Assembly: GCA_963721485.1 (NCBI GenBank)
Contig: CAVRJV010000013.1
Location: 169,464 to 233,463, forward strand
DNA from: an uncultured delta proteobacterium
Lineage (GTDB): Bacteria; Desulfobacterota; Binatia; Binatales; Binataceae
Direction: 5' to 3'
Length of the DNA: 64,000 nt
The notes beneath the pieces are model-generated. The model saw only the letters and a list, made by a program, of their open reading frames with translations, did not search any database and was not told the DNA's origin. This document shows positions 30,379 to 41,111 of the stretch, piece by piece. The position numbers were made by a program, and so were the translations under genes. The first letter of the stretch is position 1; every line of letters begins with the position of its first letter.

Positions 30379-31048
30379 ATGCGATTCGAAATCAGGGCGG
30401 GCGGCGCGTTTCTAATTTTGGTTGGACTGGTCGGATTATCGGGCGGCGTCTTCGCGCTCGGCCTGGTCGCGGGTTACGAGATGGCCCGGCAGAACCAACC
30501 CGACATCAATCAAATCTCTTCGACCTACCCGTTGCCGAATCCTCCCGAAAAGCCGGCGCCCGTCGCCGAGATGTCGCCGGCGGCCGTGCCATCACAGTCG
30601 GTAGCATCCGCACCGGCAGCGCCGATCAAACCAGCTGCGCCCGCAATTGGCGAAGAACCTCCTGCGGCGCATCCGTCGCCCGCCACCGTCGCGCGCTTGA
30701 AACCTGTGCCCGCCGGCGCCCGCGGTCAATCGTCCCGCGACGGATGAAGACGATACTGATGATGATTCCGACGCCGCGTCCTCGCCCGCCGAGTCCGTGA
30801 AGCCGCTACCTCTTGGCGCGCGGCCCTACAACATCCAGATCGAAGCCGTGATGGACAAGAGCGGTGCGGACGAGATGGTGTCGCGGCTGAAGACGCTCGG
30901 CTACAACGCGCAGGAAGTGAAAGTCGCGCTCAACGGACAGACCTGGTATCGCGTCCACGTCGGTCCCTATGCCAGCGCCGAAGAAGCGACCGCCGCGCAG
31001 GACCGACTGCGCGAGCAATACAAGCAAGCTTACACGACCTCGCACTGA
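30379..31048 (+). CDS. SPOR-domain protein (single TM, Pro/Ala-rich linker), one frame change near 30720
   Basis: The start MRFEIRAGGAFLILVGLVGLSGGVFALGLV is a TM anchor. The C-terminal YNIQIEAVMDKSGADEMVSRLKTLGYNAQEV..GQTWYRVHVGPYASAEEA is a SPOR fold signature. Confidence 0.7.
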
Positions 31049-31052
31049 CGCA

Positions 31053-31778
31053 TTGCCCGACACCTACAACGACCGCCTCTTTCACGGCAACCGCGCGCGC
31101 CGCTTTCTGCATGAGCGCCGCTTCTGGTGGCTCGTCGATCGACTGCGGCGCTTGGGCATCCGCCGCGCCGATGTAATCGAGATCGGATGCTACGACGCAA
31201 AGGCCATCTCGTACCTCGAGCGCAGCGGCATCGCCGTCACCCGCTACGTCGGTTACGAGGCCGACGACGCTATCTTCGATTGGGTAAAGGCAGGATGGGC
31301 CGCGCGCGCTGAAGTCGCGATCGTGAAATCGAAATCGCCGTCGGACATCGATCTGTCGGCGACCTACGACATCGGCATCTGCATGGAAACCCTCGAGCAC
31401 CTGCCCGACAAACACGTCGACGGCTACCTGGATGTCCTCGCGCGCGTCGTGCGCGGCCCGGTCTTCTTCACGATCCCGGTCGAGCGCGGCGCGATGCTGG
31501 TAGCTAAACAACTCGGCTACCGCGCCTTGGGGATGTACGGCGACCGTCTCTCCTGGCGCGACCTGGTCGCCGGCGCGCTAAGCCAGACCGACAAAATCCC
31601 GCGTCACGAACACGCTGGCTTCGACGACCGCCGCATGATCGAACGCATCGCGCGCTACTTCACCATCACAGAATCCGGCGGCCTGTTCGTGCCGTACTTC
31701 ACCACCCTGAACTTCACGGTCGGGATTGTGGGGACCGCGCGCACTGTTGACAATCGGTCGCCTCGCATGGATCATTAG
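31053..31778 (+). CDS. class I SAM-dependent methyltransferase-like protein
   Basis: The sequence VIEIGCYDAKAISYL..YVGYEADD..IGICMETLEHLP fits motifs I-III of SAM methyltransferases. The start is set at TTG 31053, just after the SPOR stop. The ORF table starts earlier, at 30969. Confidence 0.55.
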   Translation: MPDTYNDRLFHGNRARRFLHERRFWWLVDRLRRLGIRRADVIEIGCYDAKAISYLERSGIAVTRYVGYEADDAIFDWVKAGWAARAEVAIVKSKSPSDIDLSATYDIGICMETLEHLPDKHVDGYLDVLARVVRGPVFFTIPVERGAMLVAKQLGYRALGMYGDRLSWRDLVAGALSQTDKIPRHEHAGFDDRRMIERIARYFTITESGGLFVPYFTTLNFTVGIVGTARTVDNRSPRMDH

Positions 31779-31785
31779 TCCGAAG

Positions 31786-31866
31786 ATGAATCTCATGAGC
31801 CGAAATGTTTGCGAGGGATGGTGGCGCTGGCACCTCGATGCACCCGCCTGCGCGCCGGCTTTGTAA
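31786..31866 (+). CDS. trpL: trp operon leader peptide (26 aa, MNLMSRNVCEGWWRWHLDAPACAPAL)
   Basis: Three Trp codons fall within four positions (31819-31830). The peptide lies directly upstream of a strong terminator and of trpE. Confidence 0.65.
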   Translation: MNLMSRNVCEGWWRWHLDAPACAPAL

Positions 31867-31893
31867 TTCATCGCAAAACCGATTTCCCAAAGA

Positions 31894-31930
31894 GGGCCGC
31901 AGGCAAAACCTGCGGCCCTTTTCTTTTTTT
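31894..31930 (+). terminator. trp attenuator terminator
   Basis: GGGCCGCAGG-CAAAA-CCTGCGGCCC followed by TTTTCTTTTTTT. The upstream CCTGCGCGCC (31846-31855) can pair with the 5' arm as an antiterminator. Confidence 0.75.
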
Positions 31931-31971
31931 GGCGAGCGAGGGAATCGGAATTGACTGAGAGGAAACGAGAG

Positions 31972-33477
31972 ATGTTGCAACCGAGCGAAAAAGAATTCGA
32001 ACGACTGGCAGCCGACGGATTCAACCTCATCCCGGTCTTCGAGGAAGTCGCCGCCGACCTCGAGACTCCGGTCTCCGCCTTCCTCAAGGTCGCGCGCGGC
32101 GACTACGCCTTCCTGCTCGAAAGCGTCCGCGGCGGCGAGAAATGGGGCCGCTACACGTTCCTCGGCTCCGATCCTTTTCTCGTCATGCGTGCGCGCAAAA
32201 ACCGCATGGACATCATCCGTCCCGGCAGCGGCGTCGAAGTTCGCTCGGTCGAGAACTCTTTCGAAGAGCTGCGCGGCGAGGTCAAGCGCTTCCGCGCTCC
32301 CGAACTGCCCAACTTGCCGCGCTTCTTCGGCGGCGCCGTCGGATTTCTCGCCTACGATATCGTGCGATGCTTCGAGAAAATTCCCGAGACCGCCGTCGAC
32401 GATCTCGGCGCGCCCGACTTTCATCTGATGTTCACCGACACGGTGCTCTGCTTCGACAACGTCCGCCAGACGCTAAAAATTATCGCCAACGTGCCGGTCG
32501 AAGACTTCGCCTCGGCGAAAATGGCGTACCAAAGTGCGCGCATCAAAATCGACGAGATAATCGAACGCCTCAAGCGTTCCGCCGTGCCACCGTTTCTCGA
32601 AGGCGCGAGCAACGTCGCTATCAATGACGCGTCGATTACGTCGAACATGACGCGCGAGGGCTACATGGCGATGGTCTCCGCCGCGAAGGAATACATCGCG
32701 GCCGGCGACATCATCCAGGTCGTGCCGTCGCAGCGCTTCGAGGCGCCCCTGACCGCGCATCCGTTCAACATCTACCGCAGCCTGCGCACGATTAATCCGT
32801 CGCCGTACATGTTCTACCTGCGCCTCGGCGATCAAACTCTCGTTGGCGCGTCGCCCGAGGTGATGGTGCGCGTCGAGGGCCGCGAGATCACGCTGCGCCC
32901 GATTGCCGGCACTCGCCGCCGCGGAGTGACCGAGGCCGAGGATCGCGAACTCGAAGCGGAGTTGCTCGCCGATCCCAAGGAACGCGCCGAGCACGTGATG
33001 CTGGTCGATCTCGGGCGCAACGACGTTGGCCGCGTTTCCGAAATCGGCTCGGTGAAAGTGACTGAGCTGATGGTCGTCGAGCGCTACTCGCACGTGATGC
33101 ATATCGTGTCGAACGTTACCGGAGTTCTGCGCGATGGATGCGATGCGTTCGACGCGTTCGCCGCAACCTTTCCGCAGGGCACGGTTTCCGGCGCGCCGAA
33201 AATCCGCGCGATGGAAATCATCGACGAGCTCGAGTCGGTGCGCCGCGGCGTCTACGCGGGCGCGGTCGGTTACTTCAGCTACACCGGCAACACCGACACT
33301 GCGATCGCGCTGCGCACGCTGCTGATCAAGAACAACCACGTTTACATCCAGGCCGGCGGCGGCGTCGTCGCCGACTCGGACCCCGGCGCCGAGTTCGAGG
33401 AGTCGGTCAACAAGGCGCGCGCGATGGTGCGGGCGCTCCAGGCTGCGCGCGATTTCGAAATCGCGGCCAAGAGGTAA
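31972..33477 (+). CDS. trpE: anthranilate synthase component I
   Basis: The ORF is intact and carries [41 protein letters not shown] and [25 protein letters not shown] 31972 has GAGAGGAAACGAGAG upstream. The ORF table start at 31951 is a TTG. Confidence 0.93.
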   Translation: MLQPSEKEFERLAADGFNLIPVFEEVAADLETPVSAFLKVARGDYAFLLESVRGGEKWGRYTFLGSDPFLVMRARKNRMDIIRPGSGVEVRSVENSFEELRGEVKRFRAPELPNLPRFFGGAVGFLAYDIVRCFEKIPETAVDDLGAPDFHLMFTDTVLCFDNVRQTLKIIANVPVEDFASAKMAYQSARIKIDEIIERLKRSAVPPFLEGASNVAINDASITSNMTREGYMAMVSAAKEYIAAGDIIQVVPSQRFEAPLTAHPFNIYRSLRTINPSPYMFYLRLGDQTLVGASPEVMVRVEGREITLRPIAGTRRRGVTEAEDRELEAELLADPKERAEHVMLVDLGRNDVGRVSEIGSVKVTELMVVERYSHVMHIVSNVTGVLRDGCDAFDAFAATFPQGTVSGAPKIRAMEIIDELESVRRGVYAGAVGYFSYTGNTDTAIALRTLLIKNNHVYIQAGGGVVADSDPGAEFEESVNKARAMVRALQAARDFEIAAKR

Positions 33478-33482
33478 GTCAC

Positions 33483-34091
33483 ATGGCGCGCAATCAAAAA
33501 GTTCGAGTGTTGATGATCGACAACTACGACTCGTTCACTTACAACATCGTGCAGTACCTCGGCGAACTCGGCGCCGACGTTATCGTCAAGCGCAACGACG
33601 CGATCGATGTCGCCGGCGTCCGCGCGCTTCATCCCGACGCCGTCGTCATCTCACCCGGCCCGTGCACTCCGGCCGAGGCGGGAATTTCGCTGACGCTGCT
33701 GCGCGAGATGGCGGGCGAAGTTCCGATTCTCGGCGTGTGCCTCGGTCTGCAATGCATAGGCGAGGCGTTCGGCGGCAAGGTAGTGCGCGCGGATCGGCTG
33801 ATGCACGGCAAGACTTCGCCGATAATTCACGACGGCAAAACGATCTTCACGGGAATCCCAAGCCCCTTCGACGCGATGCGCTATCATTCGCTGCTGGTCG
33901 ATGCGGCGTCGATTCCGCCGGCGCTTGAAGTCAGCGCCCGCACGGCAGAAAACGAAATCATGGGACTACGCCACAAACAGCACGCGGTCGAAGGCGTGCA
34001 GTTCCATCCCGAGTCAATTCTGACGTTCGAAGGCAAGCATCTGTTGCAAAACTTTCTCGACAGTCTCGACAAAAACGGAAGCGCGCGATGA
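33483..34091 (+). CDS. trpG: anthranilate synthase component II (glutamine amidotransferase)
   Basis: The motifs are [23 protein letters not shown] (catalytic Cys) and FHPES. Confidence 0.92.
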   Translation: MARNQKVRVLMIDNYDSFTYNIVQYLGELGADVIVKRNDAIDVAGVRALHPDAVVISPGPCTPAEAGISLTLLREMAGEVPILGVCLGLQCIGEAFGGKVVRADRLMHGKTSPIIHDGKTIFTGIPSPFDAMRYHSLLVDAASIPPALEVSARTAENEIMGLRHKQHAVEGVQFHPESILTFEGKHLLQNFLDSLDKNGSAR

Positions 34092-35110
34092 ACGGACTCC
34101 ACGACGCGCTGCAAGCGCTCATCGACGGGCGCTCGCTCTCGGACGCCGAGGCTGAACTCGCGATCGGCGAGATTATGGATGGCGGTGCGCACGACGCCGT
34201 CGTCGGCGCGTTCCTCGTGGCGCTGAAAATCAAGGGCGCCGAGGCTGACGAGCTTGCGGGCGCGGTGCGTGCGATGCTTAAGCGCGCGCGTCCGCTCAAT
34301 CTTCGCGACGGCGACGTGCTCGACACTTGTGGCACCGGCGGCGACGGCGCCAGCACCTTCAACATCTCGACCGGCGCAGCGTTGATAGCGGCCGCCGCCG
34401 GTGTTGCTGTTGCCAAGCACGGCAATCGCGCGATCAGCGGAACAGTAGGCACGGCCGATGTACTCGAAGCGATGGGCGTGAAGATCGATTGCGATCCGGA
34501 CGGGTTGAAGCGATGCCTTGACGACGCGGGATGTTGCCACATCTTCGCGCAGGCGTATCATCCGGCCTTCAAGAAAATTGCGCCGCTCAGGCGCGAGCTG
34601 CGAATCCGCACCATCTTCAATCTGATGGGCTCGCTCGGCAACCCAGCGCGTCCACGCTGCCATCTTCTTGGCGTCGCCGATGAGAATCTGATCCGGCCAA
34701 TGGCGAACGCGTTGAAGGCACTGGGAACGCGCCGCGCGATGGTCGTGCATGGCGGCGACGGTATCGATGAAATCGCGATCAGCGGTGCGACCCGGGTTGC
34801 GGAACTCCGAGACGGCGAGATGAAGGAATACGAGATCACGCCGGAGAGCCTCGGCGTGTCGCGCGGCGACCATCGCGCTCTAGTGATCAGGAATCTCGAT
34901 GAGGCAGTGCGCGTTCTGCGCGGCGCGCTTGATGGCGGCGCAGGCCCGGCGCAAGATGTGCTCGCGCTCAACGGCGGCGCCGCAATCTGCGTCGGTGGCA
35001 AGGCCACGTCACTGAAAGAAGGCGTCGATGCGGCGCGAGAAATCATCGCGACGAGCCGCGCGCTCGAGGTCCTCGAGAAACTGCGCCGCGCCAGCAACGG
35101 AATACAATGA
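34088..35110 (+). CDS. trpD: anthranilate phosphoribosyltransferase
   Basis: The motifs are [18 protein letters not shown] and KHGNRAISG. There is an ATGA overlap with trpG. Confidence 0.92.
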   Translation: MNGLHDALQALIDGRSLSDAEAELAIGEIMDGGAHDAVVGAFLVALKIKGAEADELAGAVRAMLKRARPLNLRDGDVLDTCGTGGDGASTFNISTGAALIAAAAGVAVAKHGNRAISGTVGTADVLEAMGVKIDCDPDGLKRCLDDAGCCHIFAQAYHPAFKKIAPLRRELRIRTIFNLMGSLGNPARPRCHLLGVADENLIRPMANALKALGTRRAMVVHGGDGIDEIAISGATRVAELRDGEMKEYEITPESLGVSRGDHRALVIRNLDEAVRVLRGALDGGAGPAQDVLALNGGAAICVGGKATSLKEGVDAAREIIATSRALEVLEKLRRASNGIQ

Positions 35111-35886
35111 GCTCGATACTCGACAAGATTTACGCCGCCAAACGTATCGAAGTCCGCGCGAGCCGTGCCGCGATATCGCCGATGGCGATCGTCGCCGAAG
35201 CCGGCCGCGCGCCCAAACCGCGCGATTTCGTCGCGGCGCTGCGCGCCAAGCGTCCCGCGATAATCGCGGAGATCAAGCGCGCCTCACCGAGCAAGGGCGA
35301 TATCATGCCGGGACTCGATCCGGCCAAGGTCGCGCGCGAGTACGTGGCCGGTGGCGCCGCGGCAATCTCGGTTCTGACCGACGCGCACTTCAAGGGCACG
35401 CTCGATGATTTGCGCGCGGTGCGCGCCGCCGTGGACGCTCCGCTGCTGCGCAAGGATTTCATCTTCGAGCCATACCAGGTTTACGAAGCGCGCGCGGCCG
35501 GCGCGGATTGTATCCTGCTGATCGCCGCGATGCTGAAAGAAGGCGAGCTGCGATCACTCTCGGCGCTCGCGCGCGAGCTTGGGATGGCGACGCTGGTCGA
35601 AGCGCACGACGCTGCCGAGTTCGCGCTTGCAGAGAAAATCGGTGCGAGTTTGATCGGCATCAACAACCGCGACTTGCATACTTTCGTGACCGACATCGCG
35701 GTGACGACGCGCCTGCTCGCGGGCTACAAGGGCGACGCTTTGATCGTCACTGAAAGCGGGATCGATTCGCCCGACGACATTCGGCGGCTGGACTCGGCGG
35801 GCGCGCGCGCGTTTTTGATCGGCGAGAGTCTGCTGAAAGGCGGAATGCCGACTGCGAAGCTCTGCGAACTGATGAAGGCGCTATGA
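35107..35886 (+). CDS. trpC: indole-3-glycerol phosphate synthase
   Basis: The motifs are IIAEIKRASPSKG, LRKDFI, IGINNRDL and ESGI. Confidence 0.92.
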   Translation: MSSILDKIYAAKRIEVRASRAAISPMAIVAEAGRAPKPRDFVAALRAKRPAIIAEIKRASPSKGDIMPGLDPAKVAREYVAGGAAAISVLTDAHFKGTLDDLRAVRAAVDAPLLRKDFIFEPYQVYEARAAGADCILLIAAMLKEGELRSLSALARELGMATLVEAHDAAEFALAEKIGASLIGINNRDLHTFVTDIAVTTRLLAGYKGDALIVTESGIDSPDDIRRLDSAGARAFLIGESLLKGGMPTAKLCELMKAL

Positions 35887-36488
35887 CGGTACGCATCAAA
35901 ATTTGCGGCATCACACGCGTCGAAGATGCGCGCGCGGCGATCGAGGCCGGCGCTGATATGATTGGACTGAACTTCTATGCGAAGAGTCCGCGCTACGTTG
36001 AGGTCGATCGTGCCCGCGAGATTCGCGCGGCTATCGGCCCGCGCGCCAAAATGGTTGGAGTATTCGTTAACGCCGAGCGTTCTTACATAGATGAGCGGAT
36101 GTGCGCTGCCTCACTCGATATGATCCAGTTCTCCGGCGACGAGGATGACGCGGCGCTTGCGGGATGGCCGATTCCGTCGATCGTCGCGCGGCGGCTGAAG
36201 GCGGGCGAGGTCTCGGCCGCGCCCCCTAAATCGGATTACGTGCTGCTCGATGCCTTCGACGAGAAACTTTTCGGTGGCACGGGAAATCGCATCGCCCTGG
36301 ATCAACTTCGCCGACTCGATCTGAGCCGCGCGTTTGTCGCCGGCGGATTGAATCCCGACAACGTTGCCGAAGTGGCCGCGCTCGAACCTTACGCGGTCGA
36401 TTGTGCCAGCGGTGTTGAGTCGTCGCCGGGCGTCAAGGATCACGAAAAACTGAGGAGCTTCGTCAACAATGCAAAACGTTCCCGATAG
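35883..36488 (+). CDS. trpF: phosphoribosylanthranilate isomerase
   Basis: The motifs are [23 protein letters not shown] and GGLNPDNV. Confidence 0.9.
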   Translation: MTVRIKICGITRVEDARAAIEAGADMIGLNFYAKSPRYVEVDRAREIRAAIGPRAKMVGVFVNAERSYIDERMCAASLDMIQFSGDEDDAALAGWPIPSIVARRLKAGEVSAAPPKSDYVLLDAFDEKLFGGTGNRIALDQLRRLDLSRAFVAGGLNPDNVAEVAALEPYAVDCASGVESSPGVKDHEKLRSFVNNAKRSR

Positions 36489-37662
36489 CCGCGGCCACTT
36501 CGGCCAGTTCGGCGGCAAGTACGTCGCCGAAACCCTGATGCCTGCGTTGTTCGAGTTGGAAAGCGCATATAAAGCCGCGCGCCGCGATCCGAAATTTCGC
36601 GCCGAGCTCGAGGCTCGATCGCGCGAGTTCGTCGGCCGCCCGACGCCGCTCTACCTGTGCGAGAATCTCACGGCGAAGCTCGGCGGCGCGAAAATCTACT
36701 TAAAGCGCGAAGATCTCTGCCACACCGGCGCGCACAAGGTGAACAACACGCTTGGGCAGGCGCTGCTCGCGGTGCGCATGAACAAGTCGCGCATCACGGC
36801 TGAGACCGGCGCGGGACAGCATGGCGTCGCGACGGCCACGATGGCCGCGCTGTTTCGACGCGAATGCGAAGTCTTCATGGGCTCGGTTGACGTCGAGCGT
36901 CAATCGCTGAACGTCTTCCGGATGAAGCTGCTCGGCGCGAAGGTCACGAGCGTCGAGAGCGGCAGCAAGAGCCTGAAGGACGCGATGAACGAGGCGCTGC
37001 GCGATTGGATCGCGACCGTGCGCAACACTTACTACCTGATCGGCACGACTGCGGGACCGCATCCGTATCCGATGATCGTGCGCGATTTCCAGGCGGTCAT
37101 CGGGCGCGAGGCGCGCCGCCAGATTCTCAAGCATGAAGGGCGGCTGCCTGACGTGCTCGTCGCATGCGTCAACGGCGGCTCGAACGCGATCGGTCTTTTC
37201 TACCCGTTTATCAAAGACACCAACGTGAAAATGATTGGCGTCGAGGCGGCCGGTCTCGGCATCAGCGGACCGCATCATGCGGCAACGATTTCTACCGGCA
37301 GCGTCGGCGTGCTGCACGGCAACAAGACCTACCTGCTGCAGGATGAGCTCGGGCAGGTTCGCGAGACGCATTCGATCGCCGCCGGTCTCGACTATCCCGG
37401 CGTCGGCCCCGAGCATTCGTGGCTGAACGATGTGGGCCGCGCTCAATACACATCGGTCACCGACGCCGAGGCGCTCGACGCGCTGAAGCTGCTCTCGGAG
37501 ACCGAGGGAATCATCCCGGCGCTCGAGAGTTCTCATGCGGTGGCGCAGGCGATCAAGCTCGCGCCGCAAATGGCAAAGGAACAAATCATGATCGTGAATC
37601 TGTCGGGACGCGGCGACAAGGACATGCAGACGGTCGCGAAAGCGTTCGGGGTGACGGTATAG
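36469..37662 (+). CDS. trpB: tryptophan synthase beta chain
   Basis: The motifs are [24 protein letters not shown] (PLP lysine) and GGGSNAIG-type VNGGSNAIG. Confidence 0.95.
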   Translation: MQNVPDSRGHFGQFGGKYVAETLMPALFELESAYKAARRDPKFRAELEARSREFVGRPTPLYLCENLTAKLGGAKIYLKREDLCHTGAHKVNNTLGQALLAVRMNKSRITAETGAGQHGVATATMAALFRRECEVFMGSVDVERQSLNVFRMKLLGAKVTSVESGSKSLKDAMNEALRDWIATVRNTYYLIGTTAGPHPYPMIVRDFQAVIGREARRQILKHEGRLPDVLVACVNGGSNAIGLFYPFIKDTNVKMIGVEAAGLGISGPHHAATISTGSVGVLHGNKTYLLQDELGQVRETHSIAAGLDYPGVGPEHSWLNDVGRAQYTSVTDAEALDALKLLSETEGIIPALESSHAVAQAIKLAPQMAKEQIMIVNLSGRGDKDMQTVAKAFGVTV

Positions 37663-37664
37663 TC

Positions 37665-38516
37665 ATGGCGGCGGCGCATCGAATCAAACGTAAATTTCGC
37701 GAGCTGCGCGCGCGCGGCGAGGCGGCGCTGATCCCGTTCATCGTGGCGGGCGATCCCGATATGGATACGACGCGCAAGCTGGTGCTCGAACTCGAGGCCC
37801 GCGGCGCCGACCTGATCGAGCTGGGCGTGCCGTTTTCCGATCCAATGGCCGACGGACCTGCCAATCAACGCGCTATTGCCCGCGGGCTCGGCGCGGGCGC
37901 GTCGCTGGCGGCGATTCTCTCGATGGTGAGCGAGCTTCGTGCGCAAACGCAGATTCCGCTGATACTGTTCGGCTACTACAACCCGATCTTTCACTACGGA
38001 TGCGATCGCCTGTGCGCCGACGCCGCGCGCGCTGGTGTCGACGCGCTGCTGGTGGTCGACCTGCCGCCGGAGGAAGCCGGCGAGCTCAAGAAACCTGCGC
38101 GCGCCAATGGCCTCGACCTCATCTATCTGCTCGCGCCGACGACGCCGATCGACCGCAGCCGTGCAATCGCGCGATCCGCCAGCGGCTTTCTCTACTACGT
38201 GTCGCTGACCGGCGTAACTGGTGCGCGTGCGCATCTCGACACCGGCATCGCGGAGCATATGCGCGAGATTCGCAGCGTTACCGATCTTCCGATCGGCGTC
38301 GGCTTCGGTATCTCGACGCCCGCGCAGGCCGCCGAGGTTGCGACGATGGCGGACGCGGTCGTAGTCGGCAGCGCGATTTCTTTGTTGGTCGAGGCCCACG
38401 CGAAGTCCGGCGACGTGCCGGATGCAGTGGGTGGTCTGGTTGGAGCGATGAAAGATGCGATGAAGTCGGCGCGGCGCGTCGAGCGTGCGCCCGCGGCGGA
38501 GAATTCCAATGGCTGA
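37665..38516 (+). CDS. trpA: tryptophan synthase alpha chain
   Basis: The motifs are LIPFIVAGDP, IELGVPFSDPMADGP, YYVSLTGVTG and GFGIS. Confidence 0.92.
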   Translation: MAAAHRIKRKFRELRARGEAALIPFIVAGDPDMDTTRKLVLELEARGADLIELGVPFSDPMADGPANQRAIARGLGAGASLAAILSMVSELRAQTQIPLILFGYYNPIFHYGCDRLCADAARAGVDALLVVDLPPEEAGELKKPARANGLDLIYLLAPTTPIDRSRAIARSASGFLYYVSLTGVTGARAHLDTGIAEHMREIRSVTDLPIGVGFGISTPAQAAEVATMADAVVVGSAISLLVEAHAKSGDVPDAVGGLVGAMKDAMKSARRVERAPAAENSNG

Positions 38517-39378
38517 GCGCGAACAGGTGACTGTCACGACGCAAGCGCCCTCTGACGATATCTGGTCGAAGTGCCCGTCGTGCAAGGAGATGGCGTTCCG
38601 CAAGGAAGTGGAGCGCAATCTGAACGTGTGCCCGAAATGCGGATATCACTTCCGCGTCACGGTCGCGCAGCGGCTGTCGATCAGCGTCGATCGCGGGACG
38701 TGGCGCGAGCTGATGGCCGAGATGGCGATCGGCGATCCGCTCGGCTTCGTCGATTCGCGGCCGTATCCGAAGCGGATGGAACAGGCGCGCGCGAGCAGCG
38801 GGCGCAACGACGCGGTGGTGGTCGGAATCGGCAAGATCGAGGACCGTCCGGTCGCGGTCGGCGTGATGGATTTCGAATTCATGGGCGGCAGCATGGGCGT
38901 GGTGGTCGGCGAGAAAATCGCGCGGCTGTTCGAGATCGCGCGCGAGCGCCAGTTGCCGGTGATCGTGTTCGTCGCGTCGGGCGGAGCGCGGATGCAGGAA
39001 GGCGCGCTGTCGCTGATGCAGATGGCGAAAGTGTCGTCGGCGATCGCGCGATTTCGCGACGCGCGCCTGCCATACATTTCGGTGCTGTGCGATCCGACGA
39101 CCGGCGGCGTGGCGGCGTCGTTCGCGATGCTCGGCGATCTCAATATCTCGGAGCCGGGCGCGCTGATCGGTTTCGCCGGCCGCCGGGTGATCGAGCAGAC
39201 CAGCGGCCAGGAGCTGCCGGAAGATTTTCAGCGCGCCGAGTTCTTACTGGCGCACGGGATGCTCGACGCGATCGTGCCGCGCCACCAGATGCGCTTCACG
39301 CTGGCGCGAATGCTCGCGATGCTGACGCGGCCGCGCGGAACTCGCGCGATGGCTGGCGCGTCGAAGGGCAAGCGTTGA
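38509..39378 (+). CDS. accD: acetyl-CoA carboxylase carboxyltransferase beta subunit
   Basis: The protein has the zinc ribbon CPSCKEM..CPKCGYH and FMGGSMG. Its start overlaps the trpA stop. Confidence 0.92.
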   Translation: MAEREQVTVTTQAPSDDIWSKCPSCKEMAFRKEVERNLNVCPKCGYHFRVTVAQRLSISVDRGTWRELMAEMAIGDPLGFVDSRPYPKRMEQARASSGRNDAVVVGIGKIEDRPVAVGVMDFEFMGGSMGVVVGEKIARLFEIARERQLPVIVFVASGGARMQEGALSLMQMAKVSSAIARFRDARLPYISVLCDPTTGGVAASFAMLGDLNISEPGALIGFAGRRVIEQTSGQELPEDFQRAEFLLAHGMLDAIVPRHQMRFTLARMLAMLTRPRGTRAMAGASKGKR

Positions 39379-39385
39379 GGCTGTC

Positions 39386-39676
39386 CTAGCCTGACTTTTT
39401 CCTTTGCACGGCCTCTTTGATCAGCTTGGCGATGTCCCAGCCCAGGATCGTGAGCCCCTCGATGTTCGCGTCGGTGACGCTGACATTGGCGAGGTTCACA
39501 TTCTTGAACTTCGCGTCCTGAAAGGTAATGTCCGTAAATGACGCTCCGCGCAAACTCACGTTGACGAATCTGGAATTCGCCAGGCCGACATCATCGAACT
39601 CGGCCTGCGGCAGCGCGCATCCGCGAAACGTCGCGCCCGGCATCTGCTCCTGCTCGAACAGCTTTCCTTCGCTCAT
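39386..39676 (-). CDS. pentapeptide-repeat protein (~96 aa)
   Basis: The repeats read A(D/N)LxG-like: FRGCALPQAEFDDVGLANSRFVNVSLRGASFTDITFQDAKFKNVNLANVSVTDANIEG. The start is set at MSEGKLF (39676). The ORF table start is 39724. Confidence 0.7.
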   Translation of the reverse strand: MSEGKLFEQEQMPGATFRGCALPQAEFDDVGLANSRFVNVSLRGASFTDITFQDAKFKNVNLANVSVTDANIEGLTILGWDIAKLIKEAVQRKKSG

Positions 39677-39795
39677 CGATTTCTCCTCAGGCGCCCACTC
39701 TACAATCTCTTGCCGCTTTTGCACATAACGAAGCTGAATCGCTCCCCGCGAAATCTTCCGCCGTTGAGCGGTAGCCGGTAAACTCCCGGCTGGAC

Positions 39796-41111
39796 ATGGA
39801 CCAGCTCTCCAAAACCATCGACTGGCTCTATTCGCTCGAAGCGCGCGGCGAAATCTACAAGCTCGAGCGCATGGAAGCGGCGCTCGAACTTATCGGCAAT
39901 CCGCATCGCAGGATTGCGCGCCGTTCATATCGCCGGCACCAAGGGTAAGGGCTCGGTCGCCGCGATGCTCGACAGTTGTCTGCGCGCAGGCGGGCTATCG
40001 CACCGGGCTGTACACCAAGCCGCATCTTGTGAACCTGGCGGAGCGGACGCGGATCTCTGGCGCCGAAATTCCGCGCGGCGCGGATGCTCGACTACATCGA
40101 GCGGCTGCGCGCGATTTACGATCGCGCGGGCATGGCGCTTACATTCTTCGAGTTCACCGTCGCGATGATGTTCCTGTACTTCGCCGAGGAGAACGTCGAT
40201 ATCGCCATCGTCGAGACCGGACTTGGCGGGCGGCTCGATTCCACCAATGTGGTTACGCCGATTCTGAGCGTCATTACGCCGATCGGTTTCGATCACATGG
40301 AATATCTCGGCCACACGATCGCGGCGATCGCCGGCGAGAAGGGCGGCATCATCAAGCATGATGTGCCGGTCGTGATTGGCGCGCGCGATGCCGAGGCGCG
40401 CGCTGGTGCTGACGTCGATCGCGGCGCAGCGCGGAAGCGCGGTGCGGCTGATCGATCGCGATTTTTCGTACACATCGCACGCGCCCGCGCATCGTCTGGA
40501 CTACCACGGCCTCGGGCTCGAGCTGCGCGATCTCGAGCTCGGGCTCGCCGGTCCGTTTCAGCATGAGAACGCCGCGATCGCCGTCGCCACCCTCGAAGCT
40601 CTGAGGGCGCAGGGCTGGCGAATCGACGAGGACGCCATCCGGCGCGGCATTGCCGAAATTTACTGGCCGGGGCGATTCGACATCGTGTCGCACCGGCCGC
40701 TCGTAATTCTCGATTGCGCGCATAACGAGATGAGTATCGCGGCGCTGCTCGAAACGATGAGCGTCGAGCTCGGCCCGGTGGTGAAGCCGCGCCTGGTCTT
40801 CGGCTGCCAGTCGGCCAAGGAATGGAGCGCGATGGCCGCGATGCTGGCGCCGCGCGTGCGCGACGTGACGCTGACCCGGGCCAAGCCCAAGAGTCCGCTC
40901 GAGCCCGAAGAACTGCGTCGCGCATTTCGCCGCGCACTGTCCCGCGCGCGTCGAGCGCGACCCGATGCGCGCGATCGAGCGGGTGATGTCCGAAATGGCG
41001 CCCGACGACGTGGCGCTCGTCACGGGATCGGTGTATCTTATCGGCGAAGTTTACCCGTACTTTCTGACCCGCGAGGGGCGAGTTGGGTTGTTTCCTGAAG
41101 TCGGCGCTTAA
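39796..41111 (+). CDS. folC: bifunctional folylpolyglutamate synthase/dihydrofolate synthase, frame-interrupted (at least 5 frame changes)
   Basis: The segments are MDQLSKTIDWLYSLE, HIAGTKGKGS (P-loop), YTKPHLVNLAERTRI, IVETGLGGRLDSTNV, ILDCAHNEMS and ..LVTGSVYLIGEVYPYF.. The gene ends with TAA at 41109-41111. Confidence 0.85.
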
